From Spirochaetia bacterium (lineage in GTDB: Bacteria > Spirochaetota > Spirochaetia > DSM-2461), in NCBI GenBank assembly GCA_963668315.1, contig OY764216.1, positions 736,001-800,000 of the forward strand: a stretch of DNA of 64,000 bases. Direction: 5' to 3'. Shown here one piece after another: positions 39,826-50,870 of the stretch. Every line of letters begins with the position of its first letter. The stretch's first letter is position 1. A program made the translations under genes and the position numbers. The notes under the pieces were generated by a model. The model did not search any database and was not told the origin of the DNA. It worked only from the letters and a program-made list of their open reading frames with translations.

Positions 39826-42800
39826 ATGAGAATAATAATAAAAGGAATTCTAGCGCTTCTTTTCCTGGCTCTGCTATCCGGATGTCCGGACGGTATGATC
39901 GGCTTGGGAGATAAGGTTGATCTGGATCCCCCTTCTTTAGTCATAGGCAGTTACGAGGACGGAACGCCCATCTCCAACGGAGATTACGTGCGGGGAACGA
40001 TCCTTCTGTCCGGTTCCGTCTCAGACGATACCGGCGTCAAATCGGTGAGAATCTCCGTGGAAGGGGCGGATGCCTCCATAGATGCGACCCTTGGCGGCGA
40101 CGGCACTTCCTGGAGCGCCCCTGTCGATACGGCCCGCTACGGGGACGGGGAGAAGGAAATTCTCCTTACCGTCACCGATAAAGCACCCGAACCCCGGACA
40201 TATGAGACCCGCCTTCTTCTCTTTTTTGATAATACCCCGCCGGTCGTGCTGGTTAAGGAACCGTCGGGATACGAATCCACCGATTTTACGGACAGCATTA
40301 TTTCTCTCAAGGGGGAAGCTTCCGATCCCTTCCGGGTCAGAAGGGTCGATGTCAGCCTGGAGGGGGGATCGGGCAGTCTGGGGGATGTGGAAGGAACCAA
40401 TACCTGGAACTGCACCTTTGAGAGTCCCGGGACCGGATCCTATATCTTTAGAGTTTCGGCGGAGGATTACGCGGGAAACGTGAGCACTCATTTTTATCAT
40501 TACGATGATATTCTTACGGCCGACGGCAATGTGTATATGACGCCCGAGGAGATTTACGACGTGGAAAATGGGGTGGCTGGGAAAAATATAACCCCAAGCG
40601 GACTTAAGGCCCTCGAGCTGGACGAAATGACACTTTCGATCAGTATGGAGCTGGATAATCCGGATATAACCATCAGCAATCCCGATCCCTCAGCTCTTGT
40701 GGTGGATAACGTTATGTCCGGTTCCGCCAAATTTCTCGGCTCCGTTTCCGATGACGACGGGGTGGATACCTCTACGCTGGAAATCCGCTTTGACAACGGT
40801 TTCTGGGAGCCTGTAGGCCGTGTGAACGGTTCGGGAAGATTCGTGACCTGGACCCATACCAGGACTTATACTTCTTCGGGGGACCACTATTTTCAGATTC
40901 GTGTTGACGATATCTACGGGGTGTCTCAGCTTTCTCCCCTCGTGAATTTCCGCATTAACGTGGATGCCGCCAAGGTGGATATCGATTTTCCGGCCATGAG
41001 CCAGTATCTGAACGTCTCCGATTACACGATCACCGGCACAGCTCTGGATACGGGAGGCGGCGTCACAGATCTGCAGATAAGCCTGGACGAGGGCTCGACC
41101 TGGAACGAAGTGGACACAACGCCCTCCCTTCCCAGCGAAAGCGTCAGCTGGTCCTACCGTGTCGAGGGAGGGGAGCAAGGCTCTATTCCCGTAAAGATGC
41201 GGGCCAGCGATGATTCGGGGGGCACCTGGTCCTATACGAATGTGCAGTACACCGTGGATACGACCGCACCCATCACTTCTTTTGTCTCCCCCGCCGGCGG
41301 CAGTTATGTCAATGGCGATGTGACCTTGCGCGGCAGCTGCACCGATAACAATCAGCTGGCGTCGGTCCGTCTGAAGATCGGGGACGATCCGGCGGAGCCA
41401 TGGATAGATATTGATGAGCAGGATCTGTACAGCTGGACCTATACCTTTGCTTCGGATGATTACGAAAACGGGACCGCCGGCGACGAAACGGCGCCGGGGA
41501 GCGGAGTTTACGCCGTTAACTGTTATATTGAGGCGACGGACAAAGCCGGAAACGTAAAGGTTACGCCTTCCGGTGCCTTTGTACTGAATATCGATAATGA
41601 GCTCGATAAGCCTTCGGTCACGGTGATTTCTCCCCGGTCCGGAGACAGTGTGGGCGGTTCGGTTCTCCTGACGGGAACGTCCTATGACGATGACGGAGAG
41701 GTATACGGCGTTTATGTGCAGCTGGACGTTAACACTCCCCCGGGAGGGGAGCCCGATTTCGCCGATAAAGTAAGCCTGAGCGGAGGCGGTATTGATTTTG
41801 ACGGATCGGGAAGTTCCTCACCCGTGACGTTGCTGGACGAGACGAAAGCCTACCTGGCAGAGGGCTCCTCTCCCTGGAGCGTTTCGCTGAACAGTTCCGG
41901 TGAGCTTTACAGCACCGAAGCGGGGCACAGCGGGGATATTTACGCCCGGATCTGGGCCGTGGACAAGGACGGGGGCGCAGACAGCGTGGCCGGAGATGTG
42001 CAGACGCTCCATTTTCGCTTTGACGATACGATTCCGGTTATCGGGGAATTGACGCCTTCCACCGAATCCTACGTAAAGGATACCTTTACCATAGAAGGAA
42101 ATCTGTCCGACGAGACGCAGATTAAGCATCTGGAAGTCAGTTACGACGGGGGAACTTCCTATCATTATATTATAAAGGACGGCACCGTTCAGCCGGGTTA
42201 CTCGGGAGCCGGATCCGCTGTGAACACCGATTATGCCATCAGCCTGCCGGTCAATACGGCTTCCATTCCCGATGTCGGCGGCGTCACGAGCGATGATATC
42301 CTGATTCGCTTCAAAGCGACGGATAATACGAACTATCAATCACAGGAATCGCTGGTTTATTATGTGGACAACAATCTGCCCACGGCTTGGATGACTCAGG
42401 ATACCTCGGATATTTACGGAAGCGGAGACAATGGGCTATTTACCGGTTTCGCCGATGATGAGGGAACGGTCAGCGGCGTGGAAAGAGTTGTTCTTTACAT
42501 AGAGAAGGACGGTTTCTTCTACGATCAGAAGGACGGAACAGCCGCCGCGCTGACGACGGAAGAGATTAATGGCAGTGATACTCCCTTTCCTTCCGATCCG
42601 GATTATCTCATGACCATCGATTCCACCGTGGAAACCCTATCGGGAAGCAATTCCGACGGGGACGGACTGGAGGAGGAGCTGAACGTCGGCTCTTTCTATG
42701 AGTGGAAGGCCCGCATTAATTCGACGAATATTCCGGACGGAGTCGCCACGCTTCACTATGTGGCTTACGACCGGGCGCAGAACAGGGTACACGGCAGTCA

Positions 42801-45351
42801 GATGATCTTCGTGAAAAACGACAAGCCCTCCATCACGTCGGTGGACGTCGGTTATGACCTGGATGGCAACGGCACGGTGGAGGGAGACGAAATATTTCCC
42901 TATACCGGCGAATTCAAGGCCAGGAGCCGGCTGTATTTCCATGTGAACGCCACCGACGGCGGAGGCATTACGCAGTTTCGCCTGTATGAGGGTAGCGACT
43001 CTTCGGGGTCATCCGTTCTTTCCGCGTCCGAAGGGCAACTGGACATTTCTTCCCTGGCCGACGGAGAGTATACCTATTTCTGCCAGGTTACCGACGGTGA
43101 CGGGATTACGGCGGAAAAGACGATTCTTGTGGAAATCGATAATGTGGATGACGACGCTCCGGTGGTGACGCTGGACAGTCTGAGCCGGGAGAGCGTCGTT
43201 GACGGTCATCTGGAGCCTGCGGGAGCGAGCCTTCTGGACGGGAGCGATGCCGATGTCAGCGGAACGGTGAAGTTTACCGGACGGGTTTCCGATGATCAGG
43301 GAATCGAGGAGTTCCGGCTGAATCTGGACGGGAACGAGACGGTTCTGGCCAATTGGGAAAACGGATATTTCGTTTCCCGTGCGAGCGGCTTTACCATAGA
43401 TGAGCAGACCTTCGATCCCGGCCTGGGCCATCAGATTTCCTGGACCTATGTCTGGAACTCCGCCGAAGTGACCGGAGTGGCCGCTCTGGATGTGATAGCC
43501 CGGTTTACGGCGGTGGACTTTGCCGATACGGCGAACAGCGATGAAAAAAGTCTCACTTTCGATGTGGTTCCTTATATAAGCGGGATAGATACATACCTGA
43601 GTTCTGCTTTCGACAGCAAATTCGCCCGTTCGGCCCGGGGAGCCTATCCGGTATGGGTGAACAGCGCCGACGGCGGATGGGAGACTGTCGTTCTGAGCGG
43701 ATACAATCTTAATCCGGTCGGCACAGGCGGAGCGGGAAGCGATGTGCGGCTCAGCTCCGACGGGGACAGCCTTGACGGGAGCGGCCAGAAAACCGGCAAG
43801 GGGCTGATCTATACCGGGGTTAATGCTACTTATACCAGCCTGCAGGCGGATATGCGGATCGACGGGGCGGGGGCTTTGGACGGCTCCGGCTACCTGACGG
43901 TCTTCACCAACGGAATTCCCTCTATCAACAATATTAATGATAACGGCGGCAACGGAGAGGCAGATGTCATCAATCCTTCCCTGAATGACGACAGGAAGCT
44001 GCAGGTTTGGGATCTGCGCCTTCTGAAAAATGAGTTTTCCCTGGCGAAGAACGCGGTTTACCCCTCCATGTCCATGAACGGGGATACGCCGGAGTTCGCC
44101 TACCAGAACAATTCCCAGGGGTGGGGTATCTCCCTTTACAATGACGGGACGACGGAAAAGTACGTTTACGAAAACTGGGACTTGTTTACTTTTAGCGCTA
44201 TCGATCACAATTCCAGCGGGGACCATGCCTCTCTCTACGATATCAACGTGGTGAATGGTAACTTTGGAGATTTCAATTCGGGGAACTACGGGGGAATTCT
44301 CATGACCCTCTTCGAAGACGTCCCGGCTACCAGTTGGGATTACTGGGCCTATCGTATCAATGACAATCAGATCTGGCTGGAAAATCTGGTGGATGAAACA
44401 AGAAAATCCACGGCCGTTCTGGATCGCTATCGCTACCCCGATATCTCTCTGAAAGGAAACAGCGGGGAAACCGATGTGTTCTATACCCTTTACGACCGGC
44501 TTAACGATAAAATTATCTTCCGCCATTTCCTGGCCGGCACGTCCGGCGGTATAGCCGGCGGGATGGGCGGCCGGATAAATAACGAAGGCACCGCCATCTA
44601 TGCAAGCGTGCCCCAGTATGAACCGGACGGTTCTTTCCCCGAATATGACGGGAATGAAATGCGCTTCGTGAATAATAACCAGACCGGAAAAACCCCGGCA
44701 GGACGGCAGGAGCTCGTGACGGAGAATACCGGCGAGTTTACCGCCGTGGACGGTACTGCGGACGGAAGCACGGCGGTGGTCGCCTGGTATGACGCCGCGG
44801 GCACAGGGCGGATACGGCTCATGTACAATATCGACCCGGATAATGGGGATACCTGGGAGACCATTGGCGCCGACAGTTTGATCGATTCGGGACATGGCGG
44901 GGAATATTTGGACCTGCGTATCGATTCGGGGAACAATATCCATCTGGCCTATTACGATAACAACAACGGCGATTTGAGATATATCTATATTCCTGTCAAC
45001 GATTTTGCTTCGGGCAGCTTCGGCGAAATACAGAAGATGGTCGTGGACAGTTACCTGGACGTGGGCGACCGTCTTACCCTGGAACTGAATGGCGGAGACA
45101 AGCCTTTCATCGCCTACAAGGGAGTGAACCGCTCGGGCAAGGCGGCCTGGATGACCGGTTCCGTGGGGCCCGGCGTAAACGGGGACGATGAGTACACGGG
45201 GCTGTGGGAAGTCAGTATCCTGCCTGCGAAAATCAGCAATACCGATTCCAACCGGTTCTGCGTAGGCGTGGATACCCACGGGCTTCCCGTTGTGGGTTAT
45301 ACCAACGGGGGAATCGAATATATCCGAATGCTCGGGGATCTGGCAGACTGA
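39826..45351 (+). CDS. Giant lipoprotein with tandem bacterial Ig-like repeats and a distinct C-terminal head domain
   Basis: LLSGC lipobox; repeated G..SDD.GV..V / A.D.AGN / D..PP units; last ~600 aa non-Ig. Confidence 0.8.
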   Translation: MRIIIKGILALLFLALLSGCPDGMIGLGDKVDLDPPSLVIGSYEDGTPISNGDYVRGTILLSGSVSDDTGVKSVRISVEGADASIDATLGGDGTSWSAPVDTARYGDGEKEILLTVTDKAPEPRTYETRLLLFFDNTPPVVLVKEPSGYESTDFTDSIISLKGEASDPFRVRRVDVSLEGGSGSLGDVEGTNTWNCTFESPGTGSYIFRVSAEDYAGNVSTHFYHYDDILTADGNVYMTPEEIYDVENGVAGKNITPSGLKALELDEMTLSISMELDNPDITISNPDPSALVVDNVMSGSAKFLGSVSDDDGVDTSTLEIRFDNGFWEPVGRVNGSGRFVTWTHTRTYTSSGDHYFQIRVDDIYGVSQLSPLVNFRINVDAAKVDIDFPAMSQYLNVSDYTITGTALDTGGGVTDLQISLDEGSTWNEVDTTPSLPSESVSWSYRVEGGEQGSIPVKMRASDDSGGTWSYTNVQYTVDTTAPITSFVSPAGGSYVNGDVTLRGSCTDNNQLASVRLKIGDDPAEPWIDIDEQDLYSWTYTFASDDYENGTAGDETAPGSGVYAVNCYIEATDKAGNVKVTPSGAFVLNIDNELDKPSVTVISPRSGDSVGGSVLLTGTSYDDDGEVYGVYVQLDVNTPPGGEPDFADKVSLSGGGIDFDGSGSSSPVTLLDETKAYLAEGSSPWSVSLNSSGELYSTEAGHSGDIYARIWAVDKDGGADSVAGDVQTLHFRFDDTIPVIGELTPSTESYVKDTFTIEGNLSDETQIKHLEVSYDGGTSYHYIIKDGTVQPGYSGAGSAVNTDYAISLPVNTASIPDVGGVTSDDILIRFKATDNTNYQSQESLVYYVDNNLPTAWMTQDTSDIYGSGDNGLFTGFADDEGTVSGVERVVLYIEKDGFFYDQKDGTAAALTTEEINGSDTPFPSDPDYLMTIDSTVETLSGSNSDGDGLEEELNVGSFYEWKARINSTNIPDGVATLHYVAYDRAQNRVHGSQMIFVKNDKPSITSVDVGYDLDGNGTVEGDEIFPYTGEFKARSRLYFHVNATDGGGITQFRLYEGSDSSGSSVLSASEGQLDISSLADGEYTYFCQVTDGDGITAEKTILVEIDNVDDDAPVVTLDSLSRESVVDGHLEPAGASLLDGSDADVSGTVKFTGRVSDDQGIEEFRLNLDGNETVLANWENGYFVSRASGFTIDEQTFDPGLGHQISWTYVWNSAEVTGVAALDVIARFTAVDFADTANSDEKSLTFDVVPYISGIDTYLSSAFDSKFARSARGAYPVWVNSADGGWETVVLSGYNLNPVGTGGAGSDVRLSSDGDSLDGSGQKTGKGLIYTGVNATYTSLQADMRIDGAGALDGSGYLTVFTNGIPSINNINDNGGNGEADVINPSLNDDRKLQVWDLRLLKNEFSLAKNAVYPSMSMNGDTPEFAYQNNSQGWGISLYNDGTTEKYVYENWDLFTFSAIDHNSSGDHASLYDINVVNGNFGDFNSGNYGGILMTLFEDVPATSWDYWAYRINDNQIWLENLVDETRKSTAVLDRYRYPDISLKGNSGETDVFYTLYDRLNDKIIFRHFLAGTSGGIAGGMGGRINNEGTAIYASVPQYEPDGSFPEYDGNEMRFVNNNQTGKTPAGRQELVTENTGEFTAVDGTADGSTAVVAWYDAAGTGRIRLMYNIDPDNGDTWETIGADSLIDSGHGGEYLDLRIDSGNNIHLAYYDNNNGDLRYIYIPVNDFASGSFGEIQKMVVDSYLDVGDRLTLELNGGDKPFIAYKGVNRSGKAAWMTGSVGPGVNGDDEYTGLWEVSILPAKISNTDSNRFCVGVDTHGLPVVGYTNGGIEYIRMLGDLAD

Positions 45352-45366
45352 GAGGAGTACTGAAAA

Positions 45367-48300
45367 ATGAATAAAATAGGATACGCGTTTTTCGTCCTGA
45401 TACTGGGGGCGACCGCCCTTTTGGGTGCGGGCGGTAAGGAAGAACCGGAATACAATAGAGCAAACGGGCTGGAATCCTGGACATACAGTTACGACCTTTC
45501 CAGCCAAGAAGAAGGGCTTTATAACATTATCGTAGAGGGAGAGGACCGGGCCGGTAACGTGAGCCAGGCCGGGCCTTTTAACCTGTATATCGACGGGGAA
45601 TCGGATCTGCCGCAGACGGCTGTGGTGAGCCCCGTCGCGGGCAGTCTGATCAAGGACAACCTGAACGTAGTGGGATCCGCCAGCGACGACGACGGAATCG
45701 CCCTGGTGGAGATAAGCCTGGACGGCGGGGCCTACGCGGCTTGCGAGGGAACGGAATTCTGGGATTACTATATTCCCCTGGGCAATTTGACGGACGGTCA
45801 CCATGAGATAAGCCTGCGGGCTACCGACGTAAACGGTCTGACCGGACCGGAGAATACCGTCTCCTTCGGGGTGGATAAGGACATTCCCCGCATTAGAATC
45901 GATTCCCCGGAAAAGGGAGCCTTTCTAAAAGATACGGTTCTGCTCTCGGGCACAGTGGAAGACAGAAGCGGCCTCTCCGATCTTTACATCACACACCGGG
46001 AAAGCGGTGTAACCGACAGGGTTGGTCTCAAATTCGATAAAGAGGCGGGCCTGTATCGTTTTGCCTACAAAATCAGCACAAAGGATTTCGAAGAGGGCGT
46101 TCATAACCTCACCCTGGCCACAACGGATGTTTCCGGCTTTCGGGGGGAAGATAACTTTCTCTTTTTTGCCGATAATACCCCGCCCGAACTGGAAATACTG
46201 ACTCCCGGCGAAGACGAGCGGGTCAACGGTGAGGTGCTGATCGGCGGTTTCGTCAGGGACGACGTGGGCGTGAAAAGAATTTTCCTCCGCCTCGCGGACG
46301 GGGAGGAAAGGGAAGCGGCAGTTCTGCCGGGAAGTTCCTACTGGCAGGTAAATCTATCTCTGGAAGGAATCCCCTACGGTAGCCGGACGGTGGAAATAGT
46401 CGCCGAGGATAACAGCGGCAACGTCTCTGAGGAGAAAATTAAAATTCTCCATGACGAAAAGAGCGATCTGCCCGTACTTTCCCTTTTCGGGCCTGAGCGG
46501 ACCGGGGTGGAGGAAGAGACGGTTCAGCTGGGACTCATCGCCCGGGACGATGACGGAATCCGCGCTATAGAGTATTCCCTGGACGGGGAAAGTCCCCGGA
46601 GGGAAATGGCCTGCGAAGGCACCGTTCTGGAACTGACCGGACTGGAACCGGGTCGGCATAAGCTGGTGGCCCGGGCCGTTGATACCAATGATAAATTGGG
46701 TGAGACGGAGCAGTTGAGCTTTACTGTGCCCAAACTGTCTCAGAAAAATCCCCTGGCGCCCGTGGAGGAGATTCGTTTTTCCGCCGGAGGCCCTCTTCTG
46801 CTTACCGAATCGGGCATACTCGTCGAAGGTACCGCTCCCGGCCGGGGAAATACCCTGTCCTATGCTCTTCTGAACGGGGAAGATCCGGTTTACGAGAATC
46901 TGGCCAGGGATGGCGACGGCGGTTTTCGCCTGGAAATTCCGGCGGAGAATTTGACTGACGGTCAGTACGCCCTGGCGTTCCGCTCCCAGTCTGAAGAGGG
47001 AAATTTCTCGGAAAACCTTATCCTGATAAGCCGGGACAGCCAGCCTCCCGAACTTACCTTGCTTTCTCCCGGTCCGGAAGAGATTCTGAACGGGAAGATC
47101 CTGCTGGCCGGTAAGGTACAGGATCAAAGCGGTGATGTCCTGGTTGAAATCAGCGACGACGGGGAAAATTATCTTCCCGTGGAAGGGGGAAAGAGCTTTT
47201 CCCATGAGATCGACTTGAATCGCTATGAAGGGGATCCCTCCCTGACTTTACGGCTGAGCGATTCCCGGGGCCTTTCCCGGCTCGTGCCCCTCTCCATCGG
47301 TCAGAATGCCGATGCAGACATACCGCGGGTAATTCTGGATTACCCCCTGGCCGATTCCCTGGTAAACGGTCCGGTAGGTTTGAACGGTACCGCTCTGGAT
47401 GATGATGGTATAGGCGCCGTTCTTTATCGCGTTGGCGAGGAGGAGTGGCATAGAACAGAGGGAAGCTACTCTTTTTCCCTGCCCTTTGATCCGGGCGACC
47501 GGCCCGATGGAGACTTTACGGTTTATCTCAAATGCGAGGATCTCAACGGACGGGAGAGCAGCGTGGTGGAGAGAACTTTCTCCGTGAGCCGTAAATCCCC
47601 GGAAATTATGATCGATTCACCTGTTCCGGAAGACATTCTCAAAGGGGTGGGAGTTCTGCAGGGGACGGCGAAGGATGACAACGGCATCGCCGGGGTTTAT
47701 GTCTCTACCGATAACGGGCTGAGTTACCAAAAGGCCCGGGGAGAGGAGAACTGGGTCTATTCCCTGGATACGACCGTGCTTCCCGACGGGCCCCTTTCTC
47801 TGTTTATCAAAGCGGTTGACCGGGCGGGTATGGAATCCTACTTTACCAGTCTTATCAATATAGACAACCGGGCTCCCTCCATTAAACTGGATTTTCCCCG
47901 GGGGAATGACGAAATATTCCGCCGCTTTACCATCGAAGGGGTCGTTTCCGATCTGAATAGCCTGGAGGAAGTGAATTATACTCTGGCCTCCCGGGATGAT
48001 CCGCAGGAGGGTTCGGAATGGGCATACTCCCTTCTCAAGGGAGAGGAAAGGACCCTTCGCATCAATCGGACCGTCGATCTTTCCGAACGCGAATCGGGCT
48101 GGTATATCCTCAGTCTCACCGCTGTGGACCGGGCGGGGAACCGAAGCCGCATAAGCCGCGACATCTATCTGAACGGTGAAGCCGACAGAGCCGGCGTATC
48201 CCTGCTATACCCACTGGAAGGGGCCGGACAGAGCGGTGCCGTTCTCATAGAGGGGACTCTTGAGAAAGGCGGGGATTCCGGTGGGGTTGATCTTTTTCTG

Positions 48301-49386
48301 GACGGGGAGTCGACGGGCACGGCACTTGCCGGAGAAGACGGATTTTTCCATTTCACTCTGGACGGGGAGACCCTGACCCGGGGAGATCATGTTCTTCTGG
48401 CCCGGAGCGGGAATTCCCAGACGGAGGAGAGGCATTTCACCTATGACGGCGAAGGGCCGTGGATCTCTTTCGAAGGCTACGAATCGGGCGATTTCCTGAC
48501 CGAAAGGACTTTTATTACCGGTAGAACGGGATACGGAGATGTTCCCCTGGACCGTATCGAATACAGTTTTGACAAGGGGCGCTCCTTCAGAATACTCCCG
48601 GGAGGGAAGGTTTCCCGCAGGAAAGGAGAGGATGGGGCATCATGGAAAGTCCGTATCGAAACGGAGTCCTATCCCGACGGGGATCTTCCGGTAATCGCCA
48701 AGGCCTACTACGGGGACGGAAGCCAGGCCACGGCGGAGATCTTGCTGAAGGTGGATAAAACGGCGCCGCAGATAACTATCAACGCTCCCTCCGAAGGAGA
48801 AAGTTTTAACGATGTCCTCACTGTCAGCGGAGATACCGAGGACAGCAACGGCATGAGCGGAGTTGCCCTACTGCTCAGGGAAGGTGACAAGAGCGGATAC
48901 GAACTGCCCTCCTTTGTGCAGGGGCTTTTCCTTGACTTCCAGGTCCTCGGGGCCACCTTCGGGGAACAGGGCGTGGGACTGACCTTCTTTGAGGACAATG
49001 TAAAGCTTCAGGTTCAGGCGGGTATTGCCCCTCCGGGCCGATTCTCGGGGCTTGTCCTGGGCGGTAAGCTGCTGGCCAATGTGGCGACGATTCCCTACAG
49101 CTACGTTCTAGGTCCGGATTGGGCTGATTTTTCCACATCCCTGGCGGTGGGAGCGAATTTCTCCTACTTTACCATGTCCGGAGAGTCTCTGGGATTCTCC
49201 TCCGACGGGGTGGTGCTGGGCTCCATACTGTTTCAGTGGGAGCTGATTAAATTTGAGACTGACCGCTGGTCTGTTCTTAATGATTACTCCCTCTATGTGG
49301 AGGAAAGTCTGTGGTTCATCTCATCGGACGTGCAAGCCGGTCTGGTGCCCCGGTTCAGCGTAGGCTGCCGGGTGGGAATCTTCTAG
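45367..49386 (+). CDS. Large exported Ig-like repeat protein with probable C-terminal beta-barrel
   Basis: Signal peptide; many DDDGI / D.AGN / D..P repeats; amphipathic C-terminal ~150 aa ending RFSVGCRVGIF. Confidence 0.78.
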   Translation: MNKIGYAFFVLILGATALLGAGGKEEPEYNRANGLESWTYSYDLSSQEEGLYNIIVEGEDRAGNVSQAGPFNLYIDGESDLPQTAVVSPVAGSLIKDNLNVVGSASDDDGIALVEISLDGGAYAACEGTEFWDYYIPLGNLTDGHHEISLRATDVNGLTGPENTVSFGVDKDIPRIRIDSPEKGAFLKDTVLLSGTVEDRSGLSDLYITHRESGVTDRVGLKFDKEAGLYRFAYKISTKDFEEGVHNLTLATTDVSGFRGEDNFLFFADNTPPELEILTPGEDERVNGEVLIGGFVRDDVGVKRIFLRLADGEEREAAVLPGSSYWQVNLSLEGIPYGSRTVEIVAEDNSGNVSEEKIKILHDEKSDLPVLSLFGPERTGVEEETVQLGLIARDDDGIRAIEYSLDGESPRREMACEGTVLELTGLEPGRHKLVARAVDTNDKLGETEQLSFTVPKLSQKNPLAPVEEIRFSAGGPLLLTESGILVEGTAPGRGNTLSYALLNGEDPVYENLARDGDGGFRLEIPAENLTDGQYALAFRSQSEEGNFSENLILISRDSQPPELTLLSPGPEEILNGKILLAGKVQDQSGDVLVEISDDGENYLPVEGGKSFSHEIDLNRYEGDPSLTLRLSDSRGLSRLVPLSIGQNADADIPRVILDYPLADSLVNGPVGLNGTALDDDGIGAVLYRVGEEEWHRTEGSYSFSLPFDPGDRPDGDFTVYLKCEDLNGRESSVVERTFSVSRKSPEIMIDSPVPEDILKGVGVLQGTAKDDNGIAGVYVSTDNGLSYQKARGEENWVYSLDTTVLPDGPLSLFIKAVDRAGMESYFTSLINIDNRAPSIKLDFPRGNDEIFRRFTIEGVVSDLNSLEEVNYTLASRDDPQEGSEWAYSLLKGEERTLRINRTVDLSERESGWYILSLTAVDRAGNRSRISRDIYLNGEADRAGVSLLYPLEGAGQSGAVLIEGTLEKGGDSGGVDLFLDGESTGTALAGEDGFFHFTLDGETLTRGDHVLLARSGNSQTEERHFTYDGEGPWISFEGYESGDFLTERTFITGRTGYGDVPLDRIEYSFDKGRSFRILPGGKVSRRKGEDGASWKVRIETESYPDGDLPVIAKAYYGDGSQATAEILLKVDKTAPQITINAPSEGESFNDVLTVSGDTEDSNGMSGVALLLREGDKSGYELPSFVQGLFLDFQVLGATFGEQGVGLTFFEDNVKLQVQAGIAPPGRFSGLVLGGKLLANVATIPYSYVLGPDWADFSTSLAVGANFSYFTMSGESLGFSSDGVVLGSILFQWELIKFETDRWSVLNDYSLYVEESLWFISSDVQAGLVPRFSVGCRVGIF

Positions 49387-50861
49387 GAGGTAAAGCTCCT
49401 CAGAAATACCCGAATCGTGCCAAGCAGCCCCCCGATTCTTCCCGGGCCGAAAACGAAGGACATGACGCTCTTCAGGCCCTTGTAGACGGCGGGTGAGTGG
49501 GGGTACCACCACATTTGCCGGGGGAGGGAGCCGAGGGAATCGTTAATAACGGTCTTGGTCTGTGTCACTTCGTCGAGGCCGGGTGTGCCGTGGGAGCGGC
49601 CCAGGGATGACTGTTTGTAGCCGCCCCAGGGGGTTTCGGCCAGGCCGTGGGACATGAGATGATCGTTGACGGTGATGGCTCCCGCCTGGAGCTGTGAAGC
49701 GCATTGACGGGCCTTGCGGCGGTCGGAGGTCCATACCGAAGCGGTCAGGCCCAGATGGGAGCTGTTGGCCAGGGAGATGGCTTCGCGGCAATCCTCTACA
49801 CGGCAAAGGGCTATAACGGGGCCGAAGGTTTCTTCATCCATGGTCAGCATGCCGGGTTTGACTTTTTCCAGGAGAGTGGCGGGATAGAAAAATCCTTCTG
49901 CCGAATCGATCAAGTGAGACTGGGCCGTTATCTCAGCGCCTTTGGAAAGGGCATCGGCCACATGTGCCTTTACCGTTTCCCGCTGTTTCTCCGTCGTCAG
50001 AGAACCCAGATCGGAATTCTCTCCATTCCAGCTTCCCTGAGTCAGGGCTTTGGTTTTGTCCCGGAGGAGCGAAGCAAACTCGTCATACACTTCGGATACG
50101 ACGAAAATCCGTTCCACGCCGCCGCAGGATTGGCCGCAGTTTGAATAGCCGGCCCAGCAGGCGCCGTTGGCCGCCCGTTCCAGATTGGCATCGGCCAGGA
50201 CGATCATGGCGTCGTTACCTCCCAGCTCCAGGCTGAGGGGAAGAAGGCGGGGCGCCGCCAGTTTGGCCAGTTCTATTCCCACCGGATTGGAGCCGGTGAA
50301 AAAGAGCTTATCGATTCCCGAGGCAATGAAAGTAGGTCCGGCTTCCGATCCTGCCATATCCACCAGGGAAAAAAGATTTTCCGGCAGGTCCAGAGAATCG
50401 AAAAGACTCTTGATCTCTTCTCCCACATCCCGACACTGCCGGGCCACTTTGAGAATACAGGCATTACCCGCGATGAGGGCCATGAGAACTTCCTGGAAGG
50501 GGATGGAAAAGGGATAATTCCAGGGACTGATGATGCCGATAACACCCCAGGGTTCCCGATAAAGGCGGGATGATTTGTTGAAGAAAAGAAGGGATCCGCC
50601 TCGCAAGCGCCTGGGTTTCAGATAACGGGGTGCCTGGCGGCAGTAGAAATTCACCGAGAGAGAACAGGGAAGCACTTCGGCGCTCAGGGCATCAATAAGG
50701 GTTTTTCCGGTGGTACGGCTTATGGTTTGCGACAGCCGGTCGGCCCTTTCTGAAATCAGTTTGCCCAGAGGCTTGAGCCTATGAGCCCGCTCTTTCAGGG
50801 ACAGATCCTGCCAGATCTTTTGTGCTTCCTTCGCTTGATTGACGGTACTATTCAAATTCAT
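49383..50861 (-). CDS. Aldehyde dehydrogenase
   Basis: ISPWNYP, FTGS, LELGGND, GQSC, EETFGP. Confidence 0.93.
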   Translation of the reverse strand: MNLNSTVNQAKEAQKIWQDLSLKERAHRLKPLGKLISERADRLSQTISRTTGKTLIDALSAEVLPCSLSVNFYCRQAPRYLKPRRLRGGSLLFFNKSSRLYREPWGVIGIISPWNYPFSIPFQEVLMALIAGNACILKVARQCRDVGEEIKSLFDSLDLPENLFSLVDMAGSEAGPTFIASGIDKLFFTGSNPVGIELAKLAAPRLLPLSLELGGNDAMIVLADANLERAANGACWAGYSNCGQSCGGVERIFVVSEVYDEFASLLRDKTKALTQGSWNGENSDLGSLTTEKQRETVKAHVADALSKGAEITAQSHLIDSAEGFFYPATLLEKVKPGMLTMDEETFGPVIALCRVEDCREAISLANSSHLGLTASVWTSDRRKARQCASQLQAGAITVNDHLMSHGLAETPWGGYKQSSLGRSHGTPGLDEVTQTKTVINDSLGSLPRQMWWYPHSPAVYKGLKSVMSFVFGPGRIGGLLGTIRVFLRSFTS

Positions 50862-50870
50862 ATGAGCTTC

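Noticed and set aside
43009..45804. 931 aa minus-strand ORF
   Set aside because: Antisense to the Ig-repeat genes; no motifs; explained by codon bias of the sense strand
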